DNA of 64,000 bases from a bacterium (GTDB lineage: Bacteria > SM23-31): NCBI GenBank assembly GCA_028278455.1, contig JANQEH010000194.1:1059-65058 (forward strand). Direction: 5' to 3'. The position numbers and the translations under genes were made by a program. This document shows positions 48,281-57,542 of the stretch, one piece after another; the first letter of the stretch is position 1; each line of letters opens with the position of its first letter. Under the pieces are notes generated by a model that saw only the letters and a list, made by a program, of their open reading frames with translations, searched no databases and was not told where the DNA came from.

Positions 48281-50125
48281 TCAGCTCACATAAGGAAGAT
48301 GAATTATAAAGGCAGTTCCAACTCCGGGTTCCGTGTCCAACGATATCCTACCGTTGTGATCTTCAATTAATTTTTTCGCTATTGACAGGCCGAGACCCGT
48401 TCCCTGCGATTTTCCCCTGGTAACAAAAGGCTCAAATATCGTTTCCAATATATCAGGATCTATACCTGGTCCATTATCTTTTATCTCAATCGTAACAAAT
48501 CCGTTATCTTGTTCCGTTTTTAATTCAAGTGTGTTATCCTTTTGAGCGGCTTCAATGGAGTTGCGAATTATATTCTCCAATACTCTTTTGATCTTTTGAA
48601 TGTCTATCTCTACTTCAGGATCAAAATCGCTCTGTCGGATAACTTTAAATTCATTGCTTTGAAGATCATTGGATAAATATAACAAAATCTCATTAATAAC
48701 AGAAGATAATTTTACTTTATCGATGTTTAGATTGGTCTTCCCTCTTGTATAGTCCAGTATATCCATGGTCATCTGATTCATCCTGTCTACTGCTTCATCA
48801 ATATACCTCATCATGTCATTCTTTTTATTCTCATCGATATTTGGCATCTGCAAAACCTGTGTCATCCCCTTTATAACCTGCATCGGACTTTTGAAATCAT
48901 GAACGATCGAGCTCGCCATTTTGCCTACAGTTGACATCTTTTCCGCCTTCACAAGATCATCCTGTGCTTTCTTCAGATCTTCGAATGCCTGTTCCAGCTC
49001 AACATTTTTGTCAAGCAGTTCCTTGTTCAGCCCTGTGATCTTTTCAATATTTTCTTTCAGTTTTTTCCTCATTTTTTCAAATGCTATAGTTAATATCGAT
49101 ATCTCGTCTTTTGAATCCTGTGATGATGAAGAACAATCAATCTTTGTATCATATTTCCCCTCTGAAATTTCCCTGGTGCCTTCCACAAGACAGTTAATAG
49201 GTCTCGTGATCCTCTGTGATATCGCAAGGCTCAGAATAAAAGATAATATTACTATTCCCGCAGCAAGTGTAAAAATAACCTGACGGATATAGGAGAGCAC
49301 TTCCATTTCTTTACTGAGAGGCCTTGATAGTATGTATTTTGATTCAAACCAATCTGTCAGTTCACCGGTTTTTGCTATATGATTTTCATTGTTCAAGAAG
49401 AGTCTGATAAGGTTATACTCATTTTCTCCAAAAACACGCGTGTCCATATCTTCGTCATACGATATGAGTTCTTTATAAAGATTATTTCTGATCTCTCCTG
49501 AATCCGAGAAAGATGAAGCGGTGATTTTATCTTCTGTGAAGAAACTGATATCGGAATCTGTTAAGTCTTTTAGAATGATTGAAAACTCGTCATTAATGCA
49601 GTCTCCAAGTACGAGAACACCCTCAATACTGCCGTCAATCATTATAGGAGAAGTGGCGATCAGAAATAGTTTTTCATTAAGAAGCCAGAAACCGGTTTTC
49701 GATATTGTTCTGTCTATATTAAGAGCAATACTTTCTTCCAGATCAATCTCAGGGTCAGGATTATCGACCATCAAAGGAGTAACCATCTTGTTCTGATCGT
49801 CAACAACAACAAACAGTTCAACATCCTCATTGCTATTTGAATATTCATTCAATTCTATCAGTATTGTCGCAGCATCAGTTTTCAGCGCTGCTTTCAGCAC
49901 TGGCAGATCGGCAATATTTCCCGCCAGAGTACTTAAGAGAATTGTGCGGTCCATAATCAGAGTGTTAAATAGAGCTTCCGTTTTTATCAGGTCATTACTG
50001 ATCTCCGCTTCGATTCTGTTGGAGATCCTGTCATTCAACAGGAGTAATCCGGTTATGGTCGTAAGCAATATAATTAGTGAAGCGGTTAAGAATATCTTGG
50101 TGCGAAGTTTCATTTTAGAACTCAA
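48281..50125 (-). CDS. sensor histidine kinase (periplasmic sensor domain + HAMP + HisKA/HATPase)
   Basis: Two TM helices flank a ~260-aa periplasmic domain. HAMP: ISQRITRPINCLVEGTREISEG. H-box: HDFKSPMQVIKG. N box: NIIRNSIEA. G boxes: DNGPGID and GTGLGLSIAKK. TTG start, with an alternative ATG at 50113. Confidence 0.85.
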   Translation of the reverse strand: MSSKMKLRTKIFLTASLIILLTTITGLLLLNDRISNRIEAEISNDLIKTEALFNTLIMDRTILLSTLAGNIADLPVLKAALKTDAATILIELNEYSNSNEDVELFVVVDDQNKMVTPLMVDNPDPEIDLEESIALNIDRTISKTGFWLLNEKLFLIATSPIMIDGSIEGVLVLGDCINDEFSIILKDLTDSDISFFTEDKITASSFSDSGEIRNNLYKELISYDEDMDTRVFGENEYNLIRLFLNNENHIAKTGELTDWFESKYILSRPLSKEMEVLSYIRQVIFTLAAGIVILSFILSLAISQRITRPINCLVEGTREISEGKYDTKIDCSSSSQDSKDEISILTIAFEKMRKKLKENIEKITGLNKELLDKNVELEQAFEDLKKAQDDLVKAEKMSTVGKMASSIVHDFKSPMQVIKGMTQVLQMPNIDENKKNDMMRYIDEAVDRMNQMTMDILDYTRGKTNLNIDKVKLSSVINEILLYLSNDLQSNEFKVIRQSDFDPEVEIDIQKIKRVLENIIRNSIEAAQKDNTLELKTEQDNGFVTIEIKDNGPGIDPDILETIFEPFVTRGKSQGTGLGLSIAKKLIEDHNGRISLDTEPGVGTAFIIHLPYVS

Positions 50126-50765
50126 TCGTTAATTCGAGATCCTCATTATCTGTTACTGTCACAGGGATCTCTTTCACCGGGTGTTTTTTACTCCATGCAA
50201 CAAGAGTGTATTTGCCCGGTGGGATATCCATTATCTCAAATGATCCGTCATCTCTTGTTAAACAGTAATATTTGTTCGGTACTACTATTATGTAAGCGTG
50301 CATATGAGAATGGATCTCACAGAATACCTCGACAATACCGGATTTATCGAAGAGTACAGACTTTGATTTTCCCTTTTCATATCTGCCTAGATCGAATTCC
50401 TTTGTCTCACTCAAAGAAAACACATTATGATATATCATGTCCATATTCGGAAAAGCCACCTCTGTTCCAACTGTAATTGTAAGAATATTGGGATGGAAAG
50501 TCATGTTTTTTTGGGCAATGGCAGCGTTCTCTACTGGATCAGGTTGTTCACTCCCGGGAAAGTCCTTTATAAAAAGAACAGCCATAGGATCGCTTTGTGC
50601 AGCAGCCGGTGTTGTTGTTACATCTTTTTTGTAAAGTGCGCTTAAACCCGAAGGCTTACGGGCTGCCTGTTGATTTATAACAACCTTACCTTTTATTCCG
50701 GCTGCATACACCGGCAAATTATAAATTACCATTAGACTGAGAATTATTATCTTTATGCGGAACAT
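50115..50765 (-). CDS. periplasmic cupredoxin-like protein (amicyanin-type Cu ligands) fused to CarboxypepD_reg-like domain
   Basis: Signal peptide. ITVGTEVAFPNMDMIYHNVFS...FCEIHSHMHAY gives His + C-x2-H-x2-M, the type-1 copper ligand spacing. The C-terminal DDGSFEIMDIPPGKYTLVAW is a carboxypeptidase-regulatory-like beta-sandwich. Confidence 0.65.
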   Translation of the reverse strand: MFRIKIIILSLMVIYNLPVYAAGIKGKVVINQQAARKPSGLSALYKKDVTTTPAAAQSDPMAVLFIKDFPGSEQPDPVENAAIAQKNMTFHPNILTITVGTEVAFPNMDMIYHNVFSLSETKEFDLGRYEKGKSKSVLFDKSGIVEVFCEIHSHMHAYIIVVPNKYYCLTRDDGSFEIMDIPPGKYTLVAWSKKHPVKEIPVTVTDNEDLELTIEF

Positions 50766-50774
50766 CGATACCCC

Positions 50775-51950
50775 CTATAATTCCGTTTTGATCTGAAAGG
50801 CGTAGAATATAATTTTATCCATCACATCATCTTCATAGTAGTTATACTGCGCTACAGCTTTCAATATAGTCTTCCTTGAATATTTATATCCCCCCCCGAA
50901 TTCAAATCTTGTTATATTGTGATCCCAGGTCTCTTTACTGTTATTTCCGGCATTGATTTTTTCAAAAATGATCCTGCCCCATCTGGCTGCTATGTAAAAC
51001 CTTGGTTTGATCTTATACTTACCTTCAACAAAGAATGAATCCAGGCTGATTTCATCTCTATTGGATCCAATGTCATAAGTATTGTGAATGAATTCCGCAT
51101 GCGTTTCAAGATAACCCGCTGTATATTCCAGATCAGTTATAATACTTGTTGATCTGTAATCTTCAGTTTTGGTTCCAGAAGGTATATTCGTTGAGTTTGC
51201 TTTTAAATATGAAGATATTCCATACCCGATACCCGCCTTGATCCCGGGTCCCTTATTAACACTCAGTTTTCCCATAAACTGGAATCCATCATTAGAGTTT
51301 GACGGTGGATTCACCAGTGATCCGTCTGTAACCGCAAGCTTATAACCGATCCAGGAATTATTTCCGGATACCTCTACTCCGTTATTCCAGCATGCTTCAT
51401 AAATAATGTTATTCCCGTTCTTCGCTCCTTTCAGGGATAAAAGATCCTGAGCCTCAATTACTGTGCCTTTAGGCAGGCCGGTTCTGTATTGATACATTAA
51501 CGGAGAGCCGATCAAGTCGTTCTTCTCAAGATAATTTCTTTCGGGAAAGCTGCCAAGAGTGCTCGGTATTTTTCCAGCTTTGATGTTTAGTTTCGATGTT
51601 GGACTGTATAGGAAATATGCCCCGTCTATACGGATCTTGTCATCATACATCACATCAATACCGTCATCGTACAAAACTTTGACGAAAACACCAAGTTTAT
51701 CAGTCAGCCAGCTGTTTATGAACCATTTTGCCCTGATCTGGTTAAACGGATTATCGCCGCGGTTATTATCGTTGACAGCCGTTTTATCACCTGCAGAACC
51801 TGTCATTTCAAAAAAATAGACAGAATTCACCTGTGATCTTGCCGGAAAACTGCACAGCGAAATCATAAAAATAATTAAAGATATTCCGAGTATTTTATTA
51901 TTCAATATCTTGTTCTTCTTTACTTTTAACGATAAATCGATTTTCGACAT
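50775..51950 (-). CDS. putative outer-membrane beta-barrel (porin-like) protein
   Basis: 391 aa. N-terminal hydrophobic signal, then alternating beta-strand pattern throughout. First gene of the porin-cupredoxin-HK-RR string. Confidence 0.5.
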   Translation of the reverse strand: MSKIDLSLKVKKNKILNNKILGISLIIFMISLCSFPARSQVNSVYFFEMTGSAGDKTAVNDNNRGDNPFNQIRAKWFINSWLTDKLGVFVKVLYDDGIDVMYDDKIRIDGAYFLYSPTSKLNIKAGKIPSTLGSFPERNYLEKNDLIGSPLMYQYRTGLPKGTVIEAQDLLSLKGAKNGNNIIYEACWNNGVEVSGNNSWIGYKLAVTDGSLVNPPSNSNDGFQFMGKLSVNKGPGIKAGIGYGISSYLKANSTNIPSGTKTEDYRSTSIITDLEYTAGYLETHAEFIHNTYDIGSNRDEISLDSFFVEGKYKIKPRFYIAARWGRIIFEKINAGNNSKETWDHNITRFEFGGGYKYSRKTILKAVAQYNYYEDDVMDKIIFYAFQIKTEL

Positions 51951-52049
51951 TGCAAGAAAATCTTTTTTTTCGTATTTTGTTTGTCCTGTTTTATCCTGTT
52001 CTTTATATATACAAATTAATTTTTACAGAATCAAAATATTTTCTTTTCA

Positions 52050-52133
52050 GCGAGAGTGGCGGAATTGGCAGACGCGCTAGACTTAGGATCTAGTAGGGTA
52101 ACACCTGTGGGGGTTCGAGTCCCCCCTCTCGCA
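52050..52133 (+). tRNA. tRNA-Leu (anticodon TAG)
   Basis: Cloverleaf folded by hand. Acceptor GCGAGAG/CTCTCGC. 3-bp D stem GCG/CGC. Anticodon stem CTAGA/TCTAG with loop CTTAGGA. 15-nt variable arm (type II). T arm GGGGG-TTCGAGT-CCCCC. Discriminator A. CCA is not encoded. Confidence 0.9.
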
Positions 52134-52148
52134 CAATAAAAAACAAAA

Positions 52149-52182
52149 AAAGCCTTCATAAAATTCCTGTGAAGGCTTTTGT
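52149..52182 (+). terminator. rho-independent terminator after tRNA-Leu
   Basis: AAGCCTTCA-(loop)-TGAAGGCTT followed by TTTG. Coordinates are accurate to about 1-2 nt. Confidence 0.6.
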
Positions 52183-52245
52183 ACATAATTATAACTTTGT
52201 ATTTCGATTATTAATTATAGAAAAAGTTAGTTTTTTCTATAATAA

Positions 52246-52416
52246 TCATACTACTTCATTGATCACAGCCCCGAGAAGGGTGTTCTTATCATTCTGCAAT
52301 TTTGATTTTGTATTCAGTTCAGCGACTTTCTGATTCTGGTCAGACTGGATCTGCTGAGCCTGGTTCAAGATCGAAAACATCTGCTGACTGTTCTGTGAGA
52401 TTGAAGATGCATTCAT
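52246..52416 (-). CDS. possible small Q/N-rich protein, 56 aa (doubtful)
   Basis: Hand translation: MNASSISQNSQQMFSILNQAQQIQSDQNQKVAELNTKSKLQNDKNTLLGAVINEVV*. No well-placed SD. Low complexity. Confidence 0.2.
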   Translation of the reverse strand: MNASSISQNSQQMFSILNQAQQIQSDQNQKVAELNTKSKLQNDKNTLLGAVINEVV

Positions 52417-52506
52417 TAGTATAATGGTCCTGTTATAATTCCTCTACTTCTATATCGGCGCAAATGCTGAAAGATTTAAAAGAAAAATCAAGAAAATTCC
52501 ATTTTA

Positions 52507-53019
52507 TTATTTGACCGCCGCTAAAGCTTTTTCATAGTCGGGTTCTTCGACTATTTCCGGAACAAGCTGATTATAAATCACATTACCATCTGCATCTGCA
52601 GCAACTATTGCCCTTGCATTAAGGCCTGCGAGAGGGCCGTCAATTATCTTTGTACCGAAAGCCTCACTGAAGTCTTTATTTCTAAGCTCTGAAAGGGAAT
52701 CAACATTCTCAATACCTTCAGCTCCGCAGAATCTGCTGTGAGCAAATGGAAGGTCAGCTGATATACAAAGAACAACAACATTTTCCAGTTTACTTGCTTC
52801 GACATTGAATCTTCTCACAGATGCTGCGCATACATCAGTATCAACTGACGGGAAGATATTAAAAATTATCTTCTTTCCTGCATAGTCTTTTAATGAGACA
52901 TCGGAAAGATCAGTTTTTGTAAGCACGAAATCCGGTACTTTTGTTCCTACACCTGGGAGATCACCGGAAGTATTGATTGTGTTGCCTTTTAGTGTTACCT
53001 GTGCCATTTTATTCTCCAA
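52507..53019 (-). CDS. tpx: thiol peroxidase (atypical 2-Cys peroxiredoxin Tpx)
   Basis: VTLKGNTINTSGDLPGVGTKVPDFVL...FPSVDTDVCAASVRRFN...SADLPFAHSRFCGAEG. The start is probably Met5 (53007). Confidence 0.9.
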   Translation of the reverse strand: MENKMAQVTLKGNTINTSGDLPGVGTKVPDFVLTKTDLSDVSLKDYAGKKIIFNIFPSVDTDVCAASVRRFNVEASKLENVVVLCISADLPFAHSRFCGAEGIENVDSLSELRNKDFSEAFGTKIIDGPLAGLNARAIVAADADGNVIYNQLVPEIVEEPDYEKALAAVK

Positions 53020-53160
53020 TATTTTAAAGAAAAACTTTATATTTGACTAGACAAACAAAATTATTCTAAAGAAAAATCCAATTAATTGATAAGTATGATT
53101 ATTTAAACAAAAAGCACCCCGAATTCCACATCAAAAAGGTAAATCCTGTGGATTATGCTA

Positions 53161-53811
53161 TTAATCAAAGGTGTGTTTAATAATCTCTCCTTCAACCATA
53201 AAAAATACATCTTCACATATATTCGTTGAGAGATCTGCGATACGTTCCAGATTTTTCGAGATCCTTATATACTGCATGCAGTGTTTTACAGTATCGGGAT
53301 TATTTCTCATAATAGCTATCATTTTTCTGATATTTTCCATGTTTTTCAAGTCTGCTTCTTCATCTTTTACCAGTACTTGCTTTGCGAGTTCTGCATCTTC
53401 CTCTATAAATGCTTCTATAGAATCCTTAAACATCTCACCTGGTTCATTATATATGATTTCATAATCTTCGAATTCTTCCATTTCCGGTTTTTTAAGTAAC
53501 GACAGGCCGCTCTCGCTGATATTGTAAGCAAGATCAGCTACTCTTTCAAGGTCATTGTTCATCTTCAGGATCATCAGTATTGTCCTCAGGTCTTTTGCTT
53601 TAGGTTCATATTGCGCTATCAATCCTGTACAAAGCCGATCAATACTTACTTCAAGATCATCTGCCTTTGGTTCATCTTCAAGAATAACTTTCTGAAGTAT
53701 CTCCTGATTGCGGATTCTGATACCTTTAATACTGCTGTCTATCATCGATTCAACATGTACTGCGAATCCTATGATCTCCCCTTTTAAAGCATTCAATTCG
53801 TCTACAAGCAT
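53161..53811 (-). CDS. phoU: phosphate signalling complex protein PhoU
   Basis: 216 aa with two PhoU repeats (DLERVADLAYNI and NLERIADLSTNI). Immediately downstream of pstB. Confidence 0.9.
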   Translation of the reverse strand: MLVDELNALKGEIIGFAVHVESMIDSSIKGIRIRNQEILQKVILEDEPKADDLEVSIDRLCTGLIAQYEPKAKDLRTILMILKMNNDLERVADLAYNISESGLSLLKKPEMEEFEDYEIIYNEPGEMFKDSIEAFIEEDAELAKQVLVKDEEADLKNMENIRKMIAIMRNNPDTVKHCMQYIRISKNLERIADLSTNICEDVFFMVEGEIIKHTFD

Positions 53812-53822
53812 TTAATTTCCCT

Positions 53823-54581
53823 TTAACTGAATCTTCCAGTTAAGTATTCTTCTGTTCTTTTATCACCCGGTGAGGTGAAAAGTGTCTTTGTCCTCCCGTA
53901 TTCAACAAGCTCTCCGTGATACAGAAATGCCGTAAAGTCCGAAACTCTTGCGGCCTGCCCTATGCTGTGTGTAACAAGAATAATTGTAACACTTTTTTTA
54001 AGCTCATATATCAGTTTTTCAATATTCTTGACCGCTTTCGGATCCAGTGAAGATGTTGGTTCGTCAAGTAAAAGTATTTCCGGTTCCATGGCAAGAGCTC
54101 TTGCCATGCAAAGCCTCTGCTGCTGCCCTCCGGAAAGATCAGAGCCTCTATCATGAAGATCAGATTTTACTTCATCCCATAAAGCAACCTTCTGCAGGGT
54201 CTCTTCAACGATCCTGTCCTTTTCAAAATTTGTAAGTTTGATTCCGTTAAGATTATAACCGGAGATTACATTCTCATATATACTCATATTCGGAAACGGA
54301 TTGGGATTCTGAAATACCATGCCAATCTTTTTTCTGACTATCTCGGGCTGCATACTGTAAAGGTTAATCCCGTTTAGCAAAACCTGACCCTGGATTCTCG
54401 TCTTGGGCACAAGTTCATGCATCCTGTTTATACACCTGATTAATGTTGTTTTTCCACAGCCGGAAGGCCCGAGGATCGACGTTACATTTAACGCTTCAAA
54501 ATCAAGATTAATATTACCCAGGACTTTCTTTTCATTATAATACGCTGAAAAGTCCATTATGTTCAAAACTGAGTTTTCCAT
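53823..54581 (-). CDS. pstB: phosphate ABC transporter ATP-binding protein PstB
   Basis: LGPSGCGKTT, LSGGQQQRLCMARAL, LLLDEPTSSLD and VTHSIGQA. I moved the start to Met30 of the track ORF (MENSVLNIMDFSAYYN...), consistent with PstB N-termini. Met38 (54557) is an alternative. Confidence 0.9.
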   Translation of the reverse strand: MENSVLNIMDFSAYYNEKKVLGNINLDFEALNVTSILGPSGCGKTTLIRCINRMHELVPKTRIQGQVLLNGINLYSMQPEIVRKKIGMVFQNPNPFPNMSIYENVISGYNLNGIKLTNFEKDRIVEETLQKVALWDEVKSDLHDRGSDLSGGQQQRLCMARALAMEPEILLLDEPTSSLDPKAVKNIEKLIYELKKSVTIILVTHSIGQAARVSDFTAFLYHGELVEYGRTKTLFTSPGDKRTEEYLTGRFS

Positions 54582-55411
54582 TTCTCCGTAACAAACTTTG
54601 AAAATAGATTTAGCACCAGAATAAAAACTATAAGTATAAAAGAAGCTCCCCAGGCTAAATTCTGCCAATTTTCAAATGGGCTGATAGCATACTTGAAAAT
54701 GATCAAAGGCATCGCACTCACAGGCTTAAAGATATTCATATTCATAAATGGATTTCCGAATGCCGTAAAAAGTAAGGGAGCCGCTTCGCCAATTACACGG
54801 GATATACTCAATAGAATACCTGTAACGATTCCGCTAATCCCTGCCGGAATAACAACTTTCAGAACTGTGATCGAATACGGCACTCCAAGCGCAAGTGATG
54901 CTTCTTTCAGACTGTCGGGAACAAGGTTCAAAGTTTCCTGTGTAGTTCTTATAATAACCGGCAGCATCATTATAGCCAGTGAAATACCTCCGGCAAGGGC
55001 GCTGAAACCGCCAGTCTGCTTTACAAACCATATATAGACTATTATACCGATAACTATAGAAGGAATACCCTGTAAAATATCGGCAGACACCCTAACCCAG
55101 TATGAAAACCTGCCTTCTGCCCTCTCTGATAAAAAGATTCCCGTCAGCAATCCAACCGGAATCGAAAAAAAGGAAGCAAGAATGATAAGTAAAAACGTCC
55201 CTGAAATGGCATTGGATATACCTCCTTGTCCTTCACCAACCGGAGCAGGAACGTTAAAAAAGAAATCCCAATTAATAGAGCCGATCCCTTTCATAGTTAT
55301 CAAAACCAGTATATATATCAGCGGGACTATGGAAATGACTGTAAGAATGGTTATTACAGCGCTGAATAATCTGTTCTTATAAATCCTGTATTTTTCCATT
55401 TCCGGGATCAC
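54563..55411 (-). CDS. pstA: phosphate ABC transporter permease PstA
   Basis: 282 aa, six TM helices. EAA-type loop: SLKEASLALGVPYSITVLKVVIPAG. Operon position matches. Confidence 0.9.
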   Translation of the reverse strand: MIPEMEKYRIYKNRLFSAVITILTVISIVPLIYILVLITMKGIGSINWDFFFNVPAPVGEGQGGISNAISGTFLLIILASFFSIPVGLLTGIFLSERAEGRFSYWVRVSADILQGIPSIVIGIIVYIWFVKQTGGFSALAGGISLAIMMLPVIIRTTQETLNLVPDSLKEASLALGVPYSITVLKVVIPAGISGIVTGILLSISRVIGEAAPLLFTAFGNPFMNMNIFKPVSAMPLIIFKYAISPFENWQNLAWGASFILIVFILVLNLFSKFVTEKWKTQF

Positions 55412-56313
55412 TTCTCACCCGCCGGTCTATACATTCGTTTTATAATCCTGCTGCCTGCCATATTTATTATCAATGTTATCAGGAACAGTATTAGGCCTAT
55501 CTCAAACAATGTTGAGAAATAAAGATCGCCTGATGCTTCGGCAAATTCATTTACGATTACGCTTGCGAGTGTATTTCCCGGGCTGAAAATATTCTCAGGT
55601 ATGATATTCATGTTACCGATCAGCATTGTAACAGCCATGGTTTCACCCAGAGCTCTGCCCAGTGAGAGAAATATTCCTGCAAATATACCTGTTCTGACAT
55701 AAGGCAGAATAATGTTCTTTATTACTTCATACTTATTTGCCCCAAGTGAGTATGCTGCTTCTTTAATATCCTTGGGAGTCATGCTCATCACTTCATAAAT
55801 TATCGCCGATGCATAAGGAATAATCATAATAGCGAGTACTAATGAGGCACTGAAGATACCTACTCCATATGGCATCACACCTATTTTCATTTCCAGGTTT
55901 CTGATTAAGGGAACGAGAAATATAAGCCCCCAGAATCCGTATATCACCGATGGTATAGCCGCCATTATCTCTATCAGGCTTTTTAAAAAAGATCTGAACA
56001 TACCATTATTGAGATATTCGGAGATATATATAGATATCGATAGAGAGAATACCATTGAGATAATCAGTGCAGTGAATGATGTAAGTAAAGTACCTGTAAT
56101 GAACGGCAGAGCTCCGAAGATATCAGCAACAGGATCCCATTGTGATCCTGTAATAAATCCAATTCCAAATTCTCTTATCGCCTGCAAGGACGAGTGAAAC
56201 ATAGTAATAAAAATTGCCCCGATCAAAAAGAGAGTTATTGAAGAAGCAATATTAAGCAGTTTTTCGAAACTTAGTTCGACAAAAGTATATTTTGACGGGG
56301 CGTTGTTTTTCAC
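55408..56313 (-). CDS. pstC: phosphate ABC transporter permease PstC
   Basis: 301 aa, six TM helices. DIKEAAYSLGANKYEVIKNIILPY loop. 4-nt overlap with pstA. Confidence 0.9.
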   Translation of the reverse strand: MKNNAPSKYTFVELSFEKLLNIASSITLFLIGAIFITMFHSSLQAIREFGIGFITGSQWDPVADIFGALPFITGTLLTSFTALIISMVFSLSISIYISEYLNNGMFRSFLKSLIEIMAAIPSVIYGFWGLIFLVPLIRNLEMKIGVMPYGVGIFSASLVLAIMIIPYASAIIYEVMSMTPKDIKEAAYSLGANKYEVIKNIILPYVRTGIFAGIFLSLGRALGETMAVTMLIGNMNIIPENIFSPGNTLASVIVNEFAEASGDLYFSTLFEIGLILFLITLIINMAGSRIIKRMYRPAGEK

Positions 56314-56338
56314 ACTTGCCGGATCTATTGATATTTTT

Positions 56339-57397
56339 TTATCTGTTTATCCTGTTAAATACAGGCTCATTATTATATGTGATCGTCTTCAGTATATTTT
56401 CAGCTATCAGAACTGCCTCTTTCGGTAGCGGTGCATAGTCGAGAACTTCTGCATACTTCTGTCCTTCATGGATCATCCACCAGACTAACCTGACCAGTTC
56501 TTCAGCCCTGCTGATATCCCGCTCTACTTTCTCTAGTTCCTTATAAATTAAAACCCATGTCAATCCTGTAATCGGATACCCGTTCACAGCATCTGTATTC
56601 GTCAAAGAGATTTTCGTATCCTTCAGTATCTCAATATTCAGTGCCAGGCTGGTAGATTCAATTGACGGTACCACAAATCTTCCTGATTTATTCTGTATCC
56701 GTGCAACAGGCATTAAATTTTGTACTGCATAGGCCAGTTCAACATATCCGATACTTCCGGGTATCTGCTTTACTAGTCCTGAAACTCCCTCATTTCCCTT
56801 TGCTCCCAGACTCGATGGCCAGTTTACAGATTTTCCTGTACCAACCTTCTGCGCCCATTCCTCGCTCACTTTTGTTAAATAATCCGTAAAGATCGCTGTT
56901 GTTCCGCTGCCGTCAGATCTCCTCACTACAATTATATCCATATCCGGCAGTACAATTCCCATATTCAGTCTTCGGATCTCCGGATCATCCCATTTATTGA
57001 TATTACCAAGATAAATATTACTTAAGACTTCCGGAGTCAACCTTATTTCAGGATTATCAGGGAGTTTATATGTGACAGCTACCGGACCGAGGACTATCGG
57101 GATATGCAAAACTTCAGCCTTTGCATTTCTCTGCTCCTCCTCAGTCATATAAACATCGGTCGCTCCGAAATCCACTGTTTTGTTTATCATCTGTCTTATC
57201 CCGCCTCCGGAACCGATTGACTGATAATTAATCCTGACTCCGAAGGACTTGTAGTAAATGTTAAACACCTTGGAATACAGGGGGTATGCAAATGTCGCGC
57301 CGGCCCCGAGCAATTCTGTTTCCTGTGCCGATGCTGAATCACCATATACAATCGGGAAAATTAATATGATAGCAATTAACACACTTAAGATTTTCAT
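56339..57397 (-). CDS. pstS: phosphate-binding protein PstS
   Basis: Signal peptide. LLGAGATFAYPLY, YQSIGSGGGIRQ and RSDGSGTT are PstS/PBP motifs. Confidence 0.85.
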   Translation of the reverse strand: MKILSVLIAIILIFPIVYGDSASAQETELLGAGATFAYPLYSKVFNIYYKSFGVRINYQSIGSGGGIRQMINKTVDFGATDVYMTEEEQRNAKAEVLHIPIVLGPVAVTYKLPDNPEIRLTPEVLSNIYLGNINKWDDPEIRRLNMGIVLPDMDIIVVRRSDGSGTTAIFTDYLTKVSEEWAQKVGTGKSVNWPSSLGAKGNEGVSGLVKQIPGSIGYVELAYAVQNLMPVARIQNKSGRFVVPSIESTSLALNIEILKDTKISLTNTDAVNGYPITGLTWVLIYKELEKVERDISRAEELVRLVWWMIHEGQKYAEVLDYAPLPKEAVLIAENILKTITYNNEPVFNRINR

Positions 57398-57503
57398 TAT
57401 ACCATATACTCCATTTTATTAATTTCAAATTTGGTTCAATAATATATTCGGGTGAGAAATCTATCAATTAAATTTTGAGCTGTCGGGTAAATAACAACTC
57501 CTA

Positions 57504-57542
57504 TATTAAGTTAATATTAATTCTCTGTTAATTTTCTGTTAA
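57504..57542 (-). promoter_or_regulatory. Pho-box-like array upstream of pstS
   Basis: Read on the minus strand: TTAACAgaaaaTTAACAgagaaTTAATAttaacTTAATA. That is four hexamers with an exact 11-bp period (plus-strand hexamer starts at 57504, 57515, 57526 and 57537), 107-145 nt upstream of the pstS ATG. The two best boxes overlap the last codons and stop of phoR. Confidence 0.5.

Noticed and set aside
52246-52416. 56-aa Q/N-rich ORF as a YjfB-like motility protein
   Set aside because: The resemblance to the YjfB family is only compositional, there is no good SD, and there is no motility context. I retained it as a very low-confidence CDS only.
52050-53160. tRNA-Leu as an integration site for a genomic island
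   Set aside because: The downstream genes are housekeeping (tpx, pst-pho regulon). I saw no integrase, no obvious duplicate of the tRNA 3' end, and no compositional shift.
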